DNA from: Chrysomallon squamiferum
Taxonomy: Eukaryota > Animalia > Mollusca
Reading direction: 5' to 3'
DNA: 64,000 bases
NCBI GenBank assembly: GCA_012295275.1
Contig: CM022668.1
Location: forward strand, 9,300,001-9,364,000
Each line of letters begins with the position of its first letter. Position 1 is the first letter of the stretch. This document shows positions 60,657-64,000 of this stretch, one piece after another. A program made the position numbers and the translations under genes. Under the pieces are notes generated by a model. It saw only the letters and a list, made by a program, of their open reading frames with translations, did no database searches and was not told where the DNA came from.

Positions 60657-63600
60657 CTGGAAAAAAAATGGAGGTAATTACAGAATTTGAAATATGAAGT
60701 GTTTCCTGTGTTGACTCAGTTGAAAATCAAGATGACTGAAGATGACTAAATTAAACTTATAAAAAATAAATAAAAGTACAAAATAAAGAAGGATAAAATA
60801 GGAGGGACGGATAAAACTCAGATAGAGAGTCATAGACAGACAGACAGACAGGAGTCAGAGAAAGACTGAGATTTGCTACATTTTGCTGAACACATAAGTT
60901 AGGCAAATATTTATTAACAATTAAAAAATTTATATTTATCACATTACAGTATAGAGACTGCTTCTTAAATTCTACATTGAACCTTCACAGTCATCACTAC
61001 AATACAGTTTACCATACAACACAGAAATGTCTTAACATGACAAATAATTATCAAAATATCTCATTATCCACACACCACACTGCATTCACCTCATTTAAAC
61101 TTTCAACATCTTCTATTTTCTCGCACAACACATTTAACATACTTTTGCTTTATCACTTTTTTTTTGCATACCAGTGTATTTATCAGTTAAATTTTATTAA
61201 CACCATGACTCACTTTAGCAAGTCTAGTTTCTTTTCCTTTCTTCACTCCCATCATGCCTCTGGCTTCCAGCAGACTGCACAGACTGAAGAATTCTGATTG
61301 GTCGACGACAGCAATCTGCCGTTTTTTGCAGATTTTACAATATGTCTCATGAAACTGTAATATAAATTATAATAATGAATTTTTGTTTTTATTTTTTTAA
61401 TGAAGCTAAGCAAAAATCATGATTATAAATTTATTTTGTAGAGAGAACAAATATAGATATATATTTAAATATAACTGTAACAAGAAGCTACACACAAAAT
61501 AAATTAATACAATCTATGTACAAATATTTGGAATTATTTGTGTATTATACTGCATATTAATTGCTGTTTTTTTTATACACTGCCATATTTATTCACCACC
61601 TCTGCCAGTATCCCATTACTCTGCTATACTATTTTCTCCATTAGCAACCCATCAGCTTCATTATCTACACCCCTGCTGGCCAGTAACAACCTAACTTACA
61701 ACACATTCTTACTAATTTCTGCCCCATGAAGAACCTGCAGTGTTACTGATCTTTTCCTCATTTCTGGTTTTTATCCACAATTCCTCAATCATTTACAGAT
61801 TTATAACCGAACTTAGAACCATCAAGCTTTGAAATAACCCCATTTCTTTTTCAATTTAACTTTTCTGGACTCATATGACATTTCCAAGATTCAGACATCC
61901 GTGAATCACTCACCTTTCCAAGACCAACTTCCTTCTTCTTTCCATTTTTAACAAGCAACAAAAGACAACACATGATAAGTTTCTGCTGGAGAGGGATGGT
62001 CTCCTCCTGTTGGCATGACGATGACTTCACACTTGACCCATAAACTTCAGACATGATGCGTGAAATATGATGAACTGTGATTTTCTTTGGAACTGGAGGT
62101 TTTGTTTGATTTGAACCATTGCTGTCTGAAAAATTAAATAAAAAATAATATAATTTTAGTCTTCAGGGAATAATATATTTCATTTATATAAACCCAAGAA
62201 AAAAAAAAAATTAAAATTAAAATTATGAAAAAAAAGAAAAAAAAAAGGACCTTATAATTGTAAAATTAGTTATAATAATAATAAAGAGAATAATTAAAAA
62301 TGTTATCTCTAATAAAAATATCTGAATCAAAATCTGCAAAGATGACATTTTTACTGTTGACAATTCTTGTTAACACACCTGAGACATTTAACACCTGTTG
62401 ACACCTGATGTCATGTTCAACCAACTCGACAGCTCGGCGACACACGTCAAGAGCTTTTCTCATGTCACCAGCGACAGCTGAGATTTTCCTCGTACAAAAC
62501 TGAACAGCACTGGGTTCAATTACAGCAAGACCATCTAATTCAAGCTATAAATAAATAAATAAATACATAAATAAGTAAGTAAATAAAACTAACTATTCCA
62601 TCATATAGGATTAAAGAACATAGTACAATAAAATAAATTTTTAAAAAGAGTAAAACAAAATAATAAATATTGCATTTATAAAATGACTGGTAATCTGTTT
62701 GCCAATAATAAGTTATGATAATAATCTTACATTAAAAACATTAGCCTAAAGTGAAGAAATTACTGCTATATTTTTTATTAGATTATTTTCCTTCTAATTT
62801 CTCTTTGTTGCACAACCTGACAAGTATATGAAAAAGAAGGGCAAATCACAGCCTGCAAAATGTAGTTAAAAGTTATTTCTTCACATGATATCAGGAAAGA
62901 TAAAAATACAAACAAATAGTAACAATAAAAAAATAAAAATAAAGAAAGTGTCAGAATGTAAAAATCATTTTAAAATTTACAAACCTGTTTTAGTCTGTTG
63001 TTTATTATTGTTACTATTTGATCTTTGCTGTAAGGGGCATAGTTTACGAGTTTTGGACGACATTTTGGTTTGGCCTGCAGACGTGGTAGAATTCTGTCTG
63101 TGAAATCCAAGGCATTGGCCACACCTAGAAACAAAGTTAAACAATAGTAAAAATACATCTCAAAATAAAGTGAAATACAGCAATAAAATTATATAATTTA
63201 GCTTTTTTTTGAATTTATGTACAAAAAACAAGAATTTTCTAGAAATTTAAAATGTTTACAAATTATTCACAGAATAAAGGAAAAATTCTGAAATAAAAGA
63301 AACTTTTACATATTAAGTAAGAATTTTCTTGAAATCTAAAATGTTTACAAATTATAAATAGAATAGTAATACAAATTCTGAATATTCACTATATAAAAAT
63401 TTACATATTAAATGCCTTCAATCAAAATAAAATTAAATGTACTCACCAACTAATATAAGTTTAGATTTTTGTAAAAATGGCCACTCAAAGATTGTGTAGA
63501 GAACTTCCTGATTTTTACTGTCCAGTTGATCTATTTCATCCAACACTATAATTCTTTTAAAAAGAATAAAGATAAAAATACTTGAATAAGAAAAAAAAAT

Positions 63601-64000
63601 ACTTTTATTTTAACAAAACTGGAAAAAATAATAATCTCAAAATATAAAACATATAATTTTAAACTTCATTTTCTAATTTTTTATATTTATTGAAATATTT
63701 TTATTCTTTTTTCACTGTGGTTGAAAGAAAATTTTATTTTTTAATATTTTAAAAAATCTTTTCATACCAGTCAAATTATCTTTGCTCTTAACTTGAAATA
63801 CGTGACATAATATTTAAGAAATATATTTAAAAATTATGTCAGATCAATTTGAAATAATAACTGATAATAATATTAATAATGATAATAACAAGAAGAATAA
63901 TGAAGATCAAACTCACAAGCTTTTTGTTGACGAAGTTACACACTTTTCCATGTATTTTACGACATCTTTGTTGCTTGGCAACCTCCTTCCTGTCAAATCT
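60564..64000 (-). CDS. CDC6: Cell division control protein 6 (CDC6), 3' part, 7 exons in window (gene span)
   Basis: Walker B VLDEIDQL, VLYTIFEWP, GVANALDFTDRILPRL, AGDMRKALDVCRRAVE and a winged-helix C-terminus. All junction phases are consistent. Confidence 0.95.
61214..61354 (-). CDS. CDC6: CDC6 exon (winged helix)
   Basis: FHETYCKICKKRQIAVVDQSEFFSLCSLLEARGMMGVKKGKETRLAK|gtgag. Confidence 0.93.
61914..62125 (-). CDS. CDC6: CDC6 exon
   Basis: DSNGSNQTKPPVPKKITVHHISRIMSEVYG...IPLQQKLIMCCLLLLVKNGKKKEVGLGK|gtgag. Confidence 0.92.
62379..62544 (-). CDS. CDC6: CDC6 exon (sensor 2)
   Basis: LELDGLAVIEPSAVQFCTRKISAVAGDMRKALDVCRRAVELVEHDIRCQQVLNVS G|gt. Confidence 0.93.
62985..63124 (-). CDS. 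CDC6: CDC6 exon (sensor 1)
   Basis: GVANALDFTDRILPRLQAKPKCRPKLVNYAPYSKDQIVTIINNRLKQ|gt. Confidence 0.94.
63447..63553 (-). CDS. CDC6: CDC6 exon (Walker B)
   Basis: IIVLDEIDQLDSKNQEVLYTIFEWPFLQKSKLILV G|gtgagt. Confidence 0.94.
63917..64000 (-). CDS. CDC6: CDC6 exon (truncated at right edge)
   Basis: DLTGRRLPSNKDVVKYMEKCVTSSTKS TT|gtgagt. Confidence 0.85.

Overview
Very AT-rich, microsatellite-dense animal genomic DNA; the repeat content looks mollusc-like (inference). Three spliced genes can be assembled by hand from GT-AG junctions and reading-frame phase. (1) The 5' end of an MSH4-like gene on the minus strand (ATG at 1267, running off the left edge). (2) A class III myosin (MYO3/NINAC family) on the plus strand, 37 coding exons from 16505 to 50429. 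It encodes an N-terminal STE20-type kinase, a motor, six IQ motifs and a tail with a THD1-like motif, two polyproline tracts, a WH2-like LRKT motif and a DFRxxL motif. It carries two apparent lesions (29846 and 32485-32602) that look like assembly errors. (3) The 3' part of CDC6 on the minus strand (64000 to stop at 60564). The most unusual pattern is that about eleven MYO3 exon-intron junctions have been locally duplicated or amplified into minisatellites, giving arrays of decoy donor or acceptor sites (up to ~29 and ~50 copies). Also notable are candidate alternative first exons, a palindromic repeat array just after the MYO3 stop, and an orphan promoter with a possible non-coding/snoRNA-host unit at ~58 kb. 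Most ORFs in the supplied track are simple-repeat artefacts.
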